Origin: an uncultured Gemmatimonadaceae bacterium
Lineage (GTDB): Bacteria > Gemmatimonadota > Gemmatimonadetes > Gemmatimonadales > GWC2-71-9
Direction: 5' to 3'
Assembly: GCA_964647615.1 (NCBI GenBank)
Contig: CAZYIV010000004.1
Span: 6,236-70,235, forward strand
Length of the DNA: 64,000 nucleotides
A model generated the notes under the pieces. That model saw only the letters and a program-made list of their open reading frames with translations. It made no database searches and had not been told where the DNA came from. A program made the translations under genes and the position numbers. Below, in pieces: positions 51,596 to 59,729 of the stretch (positions are counted from its first letter, which is position 1; each line of letters opens with the position of its first letter).

Positions 51596-52015
51596 CTAGG
51601 CGGGGCCATCCCCGCGGTCCATTGCCGCGTCTTCCTCCCGCAGCGCGGTGAGCCAGGCGTGCCACTCTTCCGGGGCCTCGGGCTGTGCCGCGATCGCGGC
51701 TTCCGCCAGTCCCCGCACCCGCCGCCGGGTGGCGAGCGCGGCGGCGGCGTTCCCCTCGGCCTGCTCCAGCGCGGCGCGGAGCGCCAGGAGGCGCGCCAGC
51801 CCGTAGAGCCGGTCCGGGTCGCGGATCAGGGCCACGGCGCTCTCGACATCGAGCCGGGGGAGCAGCGCGTTGAGCGGGCCGAGGTGCTGGGCCAGGGCAT
51901 CCTCGATGGCCTCCCGTGCCTCGACCAGGTCCACCGGACCGGGGCCGTAGAGCAGCCGCGCGATCACCCGCGACACCTGTTCGATCCAGCGCAGCACCAC
52001 GTCGCGCTGGGTCAT
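51596..52015 (-). CDS. Hypothetical helical protein
   Basis: 139 aa from ATG 52015. The alternative GTG 52111 would give a GTGA overlap with the upstream gene. No family recognised. Confidence 0.5.
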   Translation of the reverse strand: MTQRDVVLRWIEQVSRVIARLLYGPGPVDLVEAREAIEDALAQHLGPLNALLPRLDVESAVALIRDPDRLYGLARLLALRAALEQAEGNAAAALATRRRVRGLAEAAIAAQPEAPEEWHAWLTALREEDAAMDRGDGPA

Positions 52016-52107
52016 GCGAACAGTTTCTCCGAGCTCGGGCACCGGTGCACCCCGGGAAGGTGGGTCCCCCTCCGGGCCGGGGCAAGCGGCGCGCGGCCGA
52101 TGGCGGC

Positions 52108-52530
52108 TCACTCCACCTCGGGCGCCCCCACATCGGGCTGGCCCTGGCGCAGCTCCTCGCGTGCCTGCCGCGCGAGCCGCGCGTAGCGCTCGCGGATGGC
52201 GTCGAGCTCCCGTTCCTCCAGCTCCTCCAGGTCGAGCAGCGCGTTGTGCGCCCCCTGCGTCGCCCGCAGCAGCTCGTCCAGCTTCACCTGCACCGCCTCG
52301 GCGTCGCGGTTCTGGGTGTTCTGGATCAGGAAGACCATGAGGAACGTGATCACCGTGGTGCCGGTGTTGATCACCAGCTGCCAGGTGTCACTGAAGCCGA
52401 AGAGCGGTCCGGTCGCGAGCCACAGCGCGACGATCAGCACCGCGGTCACGAAGGCCACGGGCCGGCCGGCCCAGCGGGACATTCCCTTCGCGAACCGGGA
52501 GAAACGGGAACGGGGCTGCGGGGCGAGCAT
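52108..52530 (-). CDS. Low-affinity iron permease family (Fet4-like) small membrane protein
   Basis: 140 aa. FSDTWQLVINTGTTVITFLMVFLIQNTQNRD is the typical core of this family. Confidence 0.85.
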   Translation of the reverse strand: MLAPQPRSRFSRFAKGMSRWAGRPVAFVTAVLIVALWLATGPLFGFSDTWQLVINTGTTVITFLMVFLIQNTQNRDAEAVQVKLDELLRATQGAHNALLDLEELEERELDAIRERYARLARQAREELRQGQPDVGAPEVE

Positions 52531-52718
52531 GACAAGACCCTCGGCAAGGGCGACAGGGCCAAGCTAGTGCCCGCCGGCTGAAGTCCCGATGAGCGGGGGA
52601 TGACGTCCGCGGCCGGAACGTGACCGCCCCCTGACACAGCCGCCTTTGACGGCCCGTCGTGCGAGGGGCAACTTCGTGAGTTGCCGCGCCGAACGCATCT
52701 TCTCCGAGGAGGTCACCC

Positions 52719-53486
52719 ATGCCGACCGGGCCCCGCCAGCCAGGCGAGTTCTGCTGGTTCAACTTGCTCACCGCCGACCCCGAGGCGGCGAAGACGTTCT
52801 TTTCCGGCGTGCTGGGTTGGACCTACGGGGAGATCCCGGGGATGGGGTGGCTCATCAAGGTGGGAGGCCAGGACGTCGGGGGGCTGTTCGACCTGTACGG
52901 GCCCGGCACGCCCCCCGGGCTGCCACCCGCCATCACGGTGATGATCCAGGCCGCCAGCGCCGACGCCACGGCCGATGCGGTCCGCGCCAGCGGTGGGCGC
53001 GCGGCCCCGCCGTTCGACGTGATGCAGAACGGGCGGATGGCCGTCTGCCACGACCCGGCGGGCGCGGCGTTCGACCTGTGGCAGCCGCTGGCCCAGCCGG
53101 GCACCACGGTGGACAGCCGCGCCACCGGGGCCCCGAGCTGGTTCGAGCTGCTCACCACCGACGTCGAGGGGGCGCGGACGTTCTACCGCCAGGTGTTCGG
53201 GTGGGCGTCGGAGACCATGCCGATGCCCGGACTCGACTACACCGTGTTCCGGCGGGGGAACGAGCCGCTCGCCGGGATGATGGCGATCACGCCGGCGATC
53301 GGCGGCATCCCGCCGTGCTGGTGCACCTACTTCACCGTGGAAGCCGTGGACCGGACCGTCGCGGAGGCGGTACGGGCGGGCGGCACCGTGGTGGTGCCGG
53401 CGGAGGATGTGCCGGGGGTGGGGCGGTTCGCGGGGCTGCTCTCGCCGCAGCAGGTGTTCTTCTTCGTGATCACCTACGCCGGCTGA
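52719..53486 (+). CDS. VOC (glyoxalase/bleomycin-resistance) family protein, two-domain
   Basis: 255 aa with two repeats beginning FCWFNLLTADPEAAKTFFSGVLGW and SWFELLTTDVEGARTFYRQVFGW. GAGGAGG lies upstream of the ATG. Confidence 0.88.
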   Translation: MPTGPRQPGEFCWFNLLTADPEAAKTFFSGVLGWTYGEIPGMGWLIKVGGQDVGGLFDLYGPGTPPGLPPAITVMIQAASADATADAVRASGGRAAPPFDVMQNGRMAVCHDPAGAAFDLWQPLAQPGTTVDSRATGAPSWFELLTTDVEGARTFYRQVFGWASETMPMPGLDYTVFRRGNEPLAGMMAITPAIGGIPPCWCTYFTVEAVDRTVAEAVRAGGTVVVPAEDVPGVGRFAGLLSPQQVFFFVITYAG

Positions 53487-53502
53487 GGCGGGGCCGCCTC
53501 AG
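53483..53502. terminator. Palindromic hairpin spanning both stop codons of convergent genes
   Basis: CTGAGGCGG-GG-CCGCCTCAG, perfect 9-nt arms. It contains the TGA of the VOC gene and the TCA (complement of the stop) of the GNAT gene. Confidence 0.4.
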
Positions 53503-53933
53503 CTGGCGGGGAGGCGGAAGGTGAACATCGCCGGCGGGTCGGTGAGCCGCCGGCCGCCGATGGCCTCGTAGAGCTTCATCGCGCCCTGGTTGGCGGGGCT
53601 GGTGAGCACCCACGCCTCGCGGCAGCCAAGCCGCTGGCCCTCCGCGAAGAGCGCCTGGAGCATCTTCTGGCCCAGCCCCTGGCGCCGGTGGGTCGGCGCC
53701 ACCCCCACCTCGTTCACCCACAATTCGGCCGGCTTGTCGGGGTGGATGTAGTGCACCGCCGAGGCAAAGCCCACCACCCGACCGCCATCCACCGCAACGG
53801 CGAGGTGGTGGCGCGGGTCGCGCAGGAATTCCTCCGTCAGCTTCAGGTCCACGTCGTGGTCGAACACGTCGTCGGCGACCTGGCGGAGGACGGCGCTGTC
53901 GCTGGCGCCCAGCAGGCGGATGGTGACGCTCAC
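53499..53933 (-). CDS. GNAT family N-acetyltransferase
   Basis: 144 aa. Acetyl-CoA motif VAPTHRRQGLGQKMLQAL. Confidence 0.9.
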   Translation of the reverse strand: MSVTIRLLGASDSAVLRQVADDVFDHDVDLKLTEEFLRDPRHHLAVAVDGGRVVGFASAVHYIHPDKPAELWVNEVGVAPTHRRQGLGQKMLQALFAEGQRLGCREAWVLTSPANQGAMKLYEAIGGRRLTDPPAMFTFRLPAS

Positions 53934-54022
53934 CGGATGACCTCGTGCAGAGTGGCGGGGCCGGGGGAACTGGCCCGTAAGGTGGAGTCCCCGGGAACTG
54001 CGGGCAAGGCGCGGGCGGCCGG

Positions 54023-54559
54023 TCAGGCGCCGGGGTCGGGATCGTCCCCGTCCGCCCCCGCGGCGCGCCAGGCGGCGACCTGGGCCTCGGTGGCGGGGCG
54101 GACCTTGAGCACCCGTTCCTTCCGGACGCTGACGGTCCCGGGCGGGGCGCCCCCGGGCTTGGAGACATGCCGGGCCTCGGTGCAGGTCACCGGCACGGTC
54201 CCGGCGCCGCGGGCCTTGCTGTGGTAGGCGGCGAGGGAGGCCGCCGTTTCGATCACGTCCCGGCCGGGGGCGGCCGGGCCGGGCACCCGGAGGACCACAT
54301 GGCTCCCGGGCATCCCCCGGATGTGGAACCAGAGGTCGGCGGGGTGGGCCAGCCGGAGGCTCAGCCGGTCGTTGGCCTGGTCGGTCCGGCCGGCGAGGAC
54401 CACCCAGTCCCCGGGGAGGCGGTAGGCGAGGATGTCGGGCAGGCGGGCTCCCGGGGCTGGCGGCCGGACGGGGGTGGCCGGCGTCGGGTCTAATGATAGC
54501 AGGCGCCGCGGCGGGGCCGGGTGGCCAAGGCGAAGGTCTCGTTCCCGATTGTGGTGCAT
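54023..54559 (-). CDS. DUF814 / NFACT-R-type RNA-binding domain protein
   Basis: The C-terminal part WVVLAGRTDQANDRLSL...DLWFHIRGMPGSHVVLR...AASLAAYHSKAR matches the DUF814 pattern. Start ATG 54559 chosen. The 870-aa ORF extension upstream is antisense to susC-like and is rejected. Confidence 0.7.
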   Translation of the reverse strand: MHHNRERDLRLGHPAPPRRLLSLDPTPATPVRPPAPGARLPDILAYRLPGDWVVLAGRTDQANDRLSLRLAHPADLWFHIRGMPGSHVVLRVPGPAAPGRDVIETAASLAAYHSKARGAGTVPVTCTEARHVSKPGGAPPGTVSVRKERVLKVRPATEAQVAAWRAAGADGDDPDPGA

Positions 54560-54692
54560 ATCACGCCAATTCAGTGGCGCATTATCGGCCTGTCGCTGTA
54601 GCGCGGCGAGAGGTCCAAGCGGATCCCCGCCAATTCTGTAACTCCATGGAATATCGTTACCCTGCGCCATGCCTGTGGCTTGCGAACCACTC

Positions 54693-54721
54693 TTGACGCG
54701 CCCCCAAATCTGTGCCACAAT
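54693..54721 (+). promoter_or_regulatory. Candidate sigma-70-type promoter (TTGACG-N17-CACAAT)
   Basis: TTGACG at 54693-54698 and CACAAT at 54716-54721 with a 17-nt spacer. The imperfect inverted repeat GTGCCAC-aatc-GTGTCAC overlaps the -10. Confidence 0.4.
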
Positions 54722-54994
54722 CGTGTCACCAACGCGGGGGTTAGAGCCAGCGACCCGCTCGCTGCCACGGCTCCACGGCCACCGCGCTTCCTTCTTGAGA
54801 GAACACGCATTGTCGGCCCCCGGCGGCATTGTCCCCACCGGCCCGGGCTGGCGCCCAGCCATCACCGTGCCGGTGATGCGCGCAGGCCGCCCTGGCTCCC
54901 CCGGATCCGCGCAAGGCTCCCTTGTCCGGAACACTTCGGCGCCCAACGCCTGGCCGCAGGCGTTCGGGCTGTCGTCGCTCGCTGGCTTTTTCCC

Positions 54995-55027
54995 GCGCCC
55001 CGGCCCTGCAGTTGCCGGGGCGCTTTT
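54995..55027 (+). terminator. Terminator/attenuator-like hairpin in the susC-like leader
   Basis: Perfect 10-bp stem GCGCCCCGGC/GCCGGGGCGC, 9-nt loop, followed by TTTTCGC. It ends 30 nt before ATG 55058. Confidence 0.55.
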
Positions 55028-55057
55028 CGCAGTCCGTACCTGAAAGGACCCCCGCAT

Positions 55058-58033
55058 ATGAAGTGGCTTCGCTTCTGTCTGGGTGTGCTGGTCACGACAC
55101 TCGCCGCCGGGCCGCTCGTGGCGCAGGAACCCACGGGTGCCATCCGCGGCACCATCACCGACGAGACCTCGCAGCGGCCGGTGGCCGGCGCGACGGTCAC
55201 CTACGGCGGCCGGACCACGGTGAGCCGGGCCGACGGCGTGTACCACATGCTCGCGGTGCCAGCCGGCAGCGGCACCCTGCGCATCCGAGTGATCGGCTTC
55301 GCCCCGAAGGACCTCGAGGTGCAGGTGGACGCCGGCACCACGCTGCAGCAGGACGTGGCGCTCACTCCGCAGGCGGTGGACCTGTCCGAAATGGTCGTGG
55401 TGGGCTACGGCGAACAGGCCGCCGGCAACATCATCGGCGCCGTCACCAATGTCACCTCGGAGAACTTCAACACCGGCCGCATCATCACCCCGACCGAGCT
55501 GATCCGCAGCAAGACGGCCGGCGTGCAGGTGGTGGACAACAACGAGCCGGGCGGCGGGACCACCATCCGGATCCGCGGCGCAACCTCCATCAATGCCAGC
55601 AGCGACCCGCTGATCGTGGTGGACGGTGTGCCGCTCGGCACCGGCTCGGGCAGCGGGATCAGCGTGGGCCGTGACGCGCTCAACTTCATCAACTCCGAGG
55701 ACATCGAGAGCATCACGGTGCTGCGCGACGCCTCGGCGGCGGCGATCTACGGCGCCAACGCCGCCAACGGCGTGGTGCTGATCACCACCAAGCGGGGCAC
55801 CGGCCGTACTTCGCCGCGGTTCGAGTACAGCGGCAGCTTCTCGGCCTCCACCGTGACCAAGCTGCCCTCGATGCTCAACGCGGCCCAGTTCCGGGCGGCG
55901 GTGACCCAGTACGCGCCGCGCAACGTGGCCCAGCTGGGCACCACGAACACCAACTGGTTCGACCTGGTGGACCGCACCGGGTACGGCCAGGAGCAGAACT
56001 TCGCCTTGTCGGGCGGCGGCAACAGCAACAACTACCGCCTGTCGGCCAACTACCTGGACCAGAAGGGCGTCATCGGCGGCACCCAGGCCCAGCGGCTGGC
56101 GCTGGGGCTCAACTACAACCAGCTGCTGCTGGGCGACCGGCTGAGCATCCAGACCAGCCTGCGCGGCTCGCGGCAGCGGGACAACTTCACCCCGGGCGGC
56201 GTGGTCTCCAACGCGGCGCAGATGGGCCCCACCCAGCCGGTGAGGGACACGGCCTCGACCACCGGCTTCTTCAACTGGACCGGCGGCATCCAGTCGGCCG
56301 ACAACCCGGTCGAGATCCTCAACCTGGCCAAGGATGAGGCGACCACCTACCGGGGCATCGGCAGCGTGCAGGGGGGCTACCAGCTTCCCTGGATCCAGGG
56401 GCTCGAGGCCAACCTCCGGCTCGGCTTCGACGTGACCCGGGCCGACCGGGTCCAGTTCAGCCCCAGCGTGCTGCACAGCGAGATCAAGAACTCGCAGCAC
56501 GGCGGCAACTACTTCCGGCAGAACCCGACGCAGCAGAACGGCCTGCTGGAGGCGTTCCTGAACTACGCCATCCCGCAGTCGATCGGCCCGGGTGCGCTCG
56601 ACCTCACGGCCGGCTACTCGTTCTCCAAGTCGCACAACGAGTTCCCCACGGTGCAGGCGGAAGGCCTCAGCACCGACCTGCTGGGGGTCAACGGCGTGCC
56701 CTCGGCCAAGACCACCACCGCCCGGCTGTTCGTGAACGACTCGCGGCTGGTCTCGTGGTTCGGGCGGGCGAACTACAACGTGAACGACAAGTACCTGGCC
56801 GCCTTCACCCTGCGGCGCGATGGCTCATCCCGGTTCGGCGCCGCCAACCAGTGGGGCACCTTCCCCTCGGTCGCGGTGGCGTGGCGTGTCTCCGAGGAGC
56901 CGTTCCTCAAGGGCCGCTGGGGGCTGTCGGACCTGAAGCTCCGCGGTTCCTGGGCCCGGACCGGCAACCAGTCGTTCTCGGACTACCTGTTCCAGTCCAC
57001 CTACACCGTGGGTGACGCGCAGGCGCAGTACTGGATGGGCAACGGCTTCGTCACCACCATCCGGCCCAGCGCGGTGGATCCGAACATCAAGTGGGAAGCC
57101 ACCCGCTCCTTCGACCTGGGGCTGGACTACGGCTTCAACAACCAGCGCGTCACCGGTGCCATTGACTGGTACGACAAGAAGACCACGGACCTGATCTTCT
57201 CGGTCCCCGCGGCGGCCGGCACGGTGCCGGGCGACTTCGTGACCACCAACATCGGCAGCATGCGGAACCGCGGCATCGAGTTCAGCCTGAGCGCCAAGGT
57301 GCTGCAGGGCGGCGGCGACCCGAACGGGCTGCACTGGACCGCGGACATCACCGCGGCGCACAACAAGAACGAGCTGCTCACCATCACCCCCTACGGCGGC
57401 GCTGCCCAGCAGGTCCTGGTCGGCGGCATCGCCGGCGGCGTGGGCAACACCATCGAGGTGCTGCGCCCGGGCGTGCCGATCAACTCGTTCTTCGTGTTCA
57501 AGCAGCTGTACCAGAACGGCAAGCCGCTCGAGGGCCAGTACAAGGACTTCAACAACGACGGCATCATCAACGACAGCGACAAGCGGCCGTTCCACGATCC
57601 GGCCCCGAAGTGGATCCTGGGCCACTCGTCCTATGTGACCTACGGCAAGCTGGACCTGAGCTTCACCCTGCGGGCCTACCTGGGGAACTACGTGTACAAC
57701 AACGTGGCCTCCAACCTGGGCACCTACTCGGAGGTGACGCGCGGCTCGCCCTACAACCTGCACAGCTCGGTGCTGGAGACCGGCTTCCAGACCGCCCAGT
57801 ACTTCTCCGACTACTACGTGGAGAAGGCGTCGTTCCTGCGGATGGACAACATCACCGTCGGCTACTCCTTCGACCTGCAGGGGCAGGCGGCGCGGGTGTA
57901 CGGTACGGTGCAGAACGCGTTCACCATCACCGGCTACAGCGGGGTGGACCCGACCGCCGGCCTCAACGGCATTGACAACAACCTCTATCCGCGCTCCCGC
58001 ACCTTCCTGGGCGGGCTGAGCCTGCGGTTCTAA
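55058..58033 (+). CDS. SusC/RagA-family TonB-dependent outer-membrane transporter
   Basis: 991 aa from ATG 55058. Signal peptide; carboxypeptidase-regulatory-like domain (IRGTITDETSQRPVAGATVTY). TonB-box/plug region VVVGYGEQ...ITVLRDASAAAIYGANAANGVVLITTKRG; C-terminal ...LSLRF. Confidence 0.95.
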   Translation: MKWLRFCLGVLVTTLAAGPLVAQEPTGAIRGTITDETSQRPVAGATVTYGGRTTVSRADGVYHMLAVPAGSGTLRIRVIGFAPKDLEVQVDAGTTLQQDVALTPQAVDLSEMVVVGYGEQAAGNIIGAVTNVTSENFNTGRIITPTELIRSKTAGVQVVDNNEPGGGTTIRIRGATSINASSDPLIVVDGVPLGTGSGSGISVGRDALNFINSEDIESITVLRDASAAAIYGANAANGVVLITTKRGTGRTSPRFEYSGSFSASTVTKLPSMLNAAQFRAAVTQYAPRNVAQLGTTNTNWFDLVDRTGYGQEQNFALSGGGNSNNYRLSANYLDQKGVIGGTQAQRLALGLNYNQLLLGDRLSIQTSLRGSRQRDNFTPGGVVSNAAQMGPTQPVRDTASTTGFFNWTGGIQSADNPVEILNLAKDEATTYRGIGSVQGGYQLPWIQGLEANLRLGFDVTRADRVQFSPSVLHSEIKNSQHGGNYFRQNPTQQNGLLEAFLNYAIPQSIGPGALDLTAGYSFSKSHNEFPTVQAEGLSTDLLGVNGVPSAKTTTARLFVNDSRLVSWFGRANYNVNDKYLAAFTLRRDGSSRFGAANQWGTFPSVAVAWRVSEEPFLKGRWGLSDLKLRGSWARTGNQSFSDYLFQSTYTVGDAQAQYWMGNGFVTTIRPSAVDPNIKWEATRSFDLGLDYGFNNQRVTGAIDWYDKKTTDLIFSVPAAAGTVPGDFVTTNIGSMRNRGIEFSLSAKVLQGGGDPNGLHWTADITAAHNKNELLTITPYGGAAQQVLVGGIAGGVGNTIEVLRPGVPINSFFVFKQLYQNGKPLEGQYKDFNNDGIINDSDKRPFHDPAPKWILGHSSYVTYGKLDLSFTLRAYLGNYVYNNVASNLGTYSEVTRGSPYNLHSSVLETGFQTAQYFSDYYVEKASFLRMDNITVGYSFDLQGQAARVYGTVQNAFTITGYSGVDPTAGLNGIDNNLYPRSRTFLGGLSLRF

Positions 58034-58072
58034 GACGCCAACCGACGAACCTCTGCGAAGGGACGAAGCGAT

Positions 58073-59641
58073 ATGAACCGCCCAATGCGAACTCTGATCG
58101 CCGGGACCGTGGCCCTGCTGGGCCTCGGCCTTGGCGGCTGCACCGACCCGGCCGTGGCGCCGGTGAGCACCGTCAGCACGGAGAAGATCTTCAAGGACCC
58201 GTCGTCGTATCAGGCGTTCCTGGCCAAGATCTACGCCGGATTCTCCACCACCGGGCAGCAGGGCCCGGCGGGAAACACCGACATCCAGACCATCAATGAC
58301 GAGGGCTTCTCGCAGTACATGCGCCTCTACTGGGAGAGCCAGGAGCTGCCGACCGACGAGGCGGTGCTGGCCTGGGATGACGGCTCGGTGCAGGACTTCA
58401 ACGGCCAGAACTGGAGCGCCGGCAACTCCTTCCTGGGCGCGATGTTCTCCCGCATCTACCTGGAAGTGACCTGGACCAACGAGTTCCTGACGCAGACCTC
58501 CGACGCGGCACTCTCCTCCCGCGGCGTGAGTGCCGCCCTCAGGACCCAGATCCAGCAGTTCCGGGCCGAGGCGCGCTTCCTCCGGGCGCTGGCGTACTGG
58601 CACGGCGTGGATCTCTTCGGGCCGATCCCGATCGTGACCGTCAACAACCCGACCCCGCCCAAGCAGAACACCCGGGCCGAAGTGTACGACTTCATCGTGA
58701 GCGAGCTGACGGCCATCCGGCCGGAGCTGCCGCTGGCCGGGCCGGGCAACTACGGCCGGGCCACGCAGGAAGCGGCCTCGATGCTGCTGGCCAAGGTGTA
58801 CATGAACGCCGAGGTCTACACCGGCACGCCGCACTACGACCAGGCGCTGGCCGAGCTCACCAACGTGATCAATGGACCGTTCTCCATTGACCCGAGCTAT
58901 GCCCACCTGTTCCAGGCGGACAACAACACCTCGCCCGAGATCATCTTCCCGATCGTGCAGGACGGGATCCACTCGAAGAGCTACGGCGGCACGACCTTCC
59001 TCATCCATGCCTCCTGCGGCAATCAGATGGACCCTGCGGCGTACGGCGTGGACGGCTGCTGGTGGGGGCTGCGGCTCAAGCCCGAGGCGTATAATCTCGT
59101 CGTGGGCGACCCGCGGGCCTCGTACCTGTTCACCGACAGCCAGACCGTGGCGATCGCCGACCTGAAGGCGTTCAGCCAGGGCATCGCGGCGCCCAAGTTC
59201 ACCAACCTCAAGTCCGGCGGCGGGCACGGCTCCGACCTGGGCTTCCCGGACACCGACTTCCCGCTGTTCCGCCTGGGCGACGCCTACCTGATGTACGCCG
59301 AGTGCTTCCTCCGGGGCGGTGGCGGGTCCCAGCAGCAGGCGCTGACTTACGTCAACGACCTGCGCGAGCGGGCCTTCGGCGATACCACCGGCAACATCAC
59401 CGCCGGCCAGCTGACCCTGCCGTTCATCCTGAATGAGCGGGCCCGCGAGCTGCTCTGGGAAGCCCACCGCCGGACCGACCTTGTTCGGTACGGTCTGTTC
59501 ACCGGTGGCGGCTACATCTGGTCCTGGAAGGGCGGTCACCAGCAGGCTGGGGAATCCACCGACGGGCACCTGGACCTGTACCCGATCCCAGCCACCCAGC
59601 TGTCAGCCAACCCGTTCCTGAAGCAGAACCCGGGCTACTAG
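58073..59641 (+). CDS. SusD/RagB-family outer-membrane lipoprotein
   Basis: 522 aa. Lipobox LGLGLGGC. It lies immediately downstream of the SusC-like gene, with TPR-like SusD hallmarks (FLRALAYWHGVDLFG, FRLGDAYLMYAEC, ERARELLWEAHRRTDLVRYG). Confidence 0.92.
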   Translation: MNRPMRTLIAGTVALLGLGLGGCTDPAVAPVSTVSTEKIFKDPSSYQAFLAKIYAGFSTTGQQGPAGNTDIQTINDEGFSQYMRLYWESQELPTDEAVLAWDDGSVQDFNGQNWSAGNSFLGAMFSRIYLEVTWTNEFLTQTSDAALSSRGVSAALRTQIQQFRAEARFLRALAYWHGVDLFGPIPIVTVNNPTPPKQNTRAEVYDFIVSELTAIRPELPLAGPGNYGRATQEAASMLLAKVYMNAEVYTGTPHYDQALAELTNVINGPFSIDPSYAHLFQADNNTSPEIIFPIVQDGIHSKSYGGTTFLIHASCGNQMDPAAYGVDGCWWGLRLKPEAYNLVVGDPRASYLFTDSQTVAIADLKAFSQGIAAPKFTNLKSGGGHGSDLGFPDTDFPLFRLGDAYLMYAECFLRGGGGSQQQALTYVNDLRERAFGDTTGNITAGQLTLPFILNERARELLWEAHRRTDLVRYGLFTGGGYIWSWKGGHQQAGESTDGHLDLYPIPATQLSANPFLKQNPGY

Positions 59642-59668
59642 GCCCGGGCAGTACCACACGGTCGCGTT

Positions 59669-59702
59669 CCGCGGCTCCGCCGTCTCGGCGACGGAGCCGC
59701 GG
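59669..59702 (+). other. Intercistronic stem-loop between susD-like and amylase genes
   Basis: 11-bp arms CCGCGGCTCCG/CGGAGCCGCGG with a 12-nt interior, followed by TTCGTGT. Confidence 0.45.
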
Positions 59703-59729
59703 TTCGTGTCCGGCCTCCCGGATCGTCCG

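Noticed and set aside
54560-56635. Upstream extension of the DUF814 ORF to 870 aa
   Set aside because: Only the C-terminal ~180 aa show DUF814 motifs. The rest is antisense to the susC-like gene and crosses the low-GC intergenic region, with a low-complexity translation.
56825-59569. 914-aa minus-strand ORF
   Set aside because: It is antisense to the SusC-like and SusD-like genes and is a shadow ORF.
59706-59729. GTG 59706 as the amylase start
   Set aside because: It would begin 3 nt after the intercistronic hairpin and add 8 non-signal residues. ATG 59730 gives a clean lipoprotein signal (MSQSPLRLLLPCLVVPALLAC). It is kept as an alternative.
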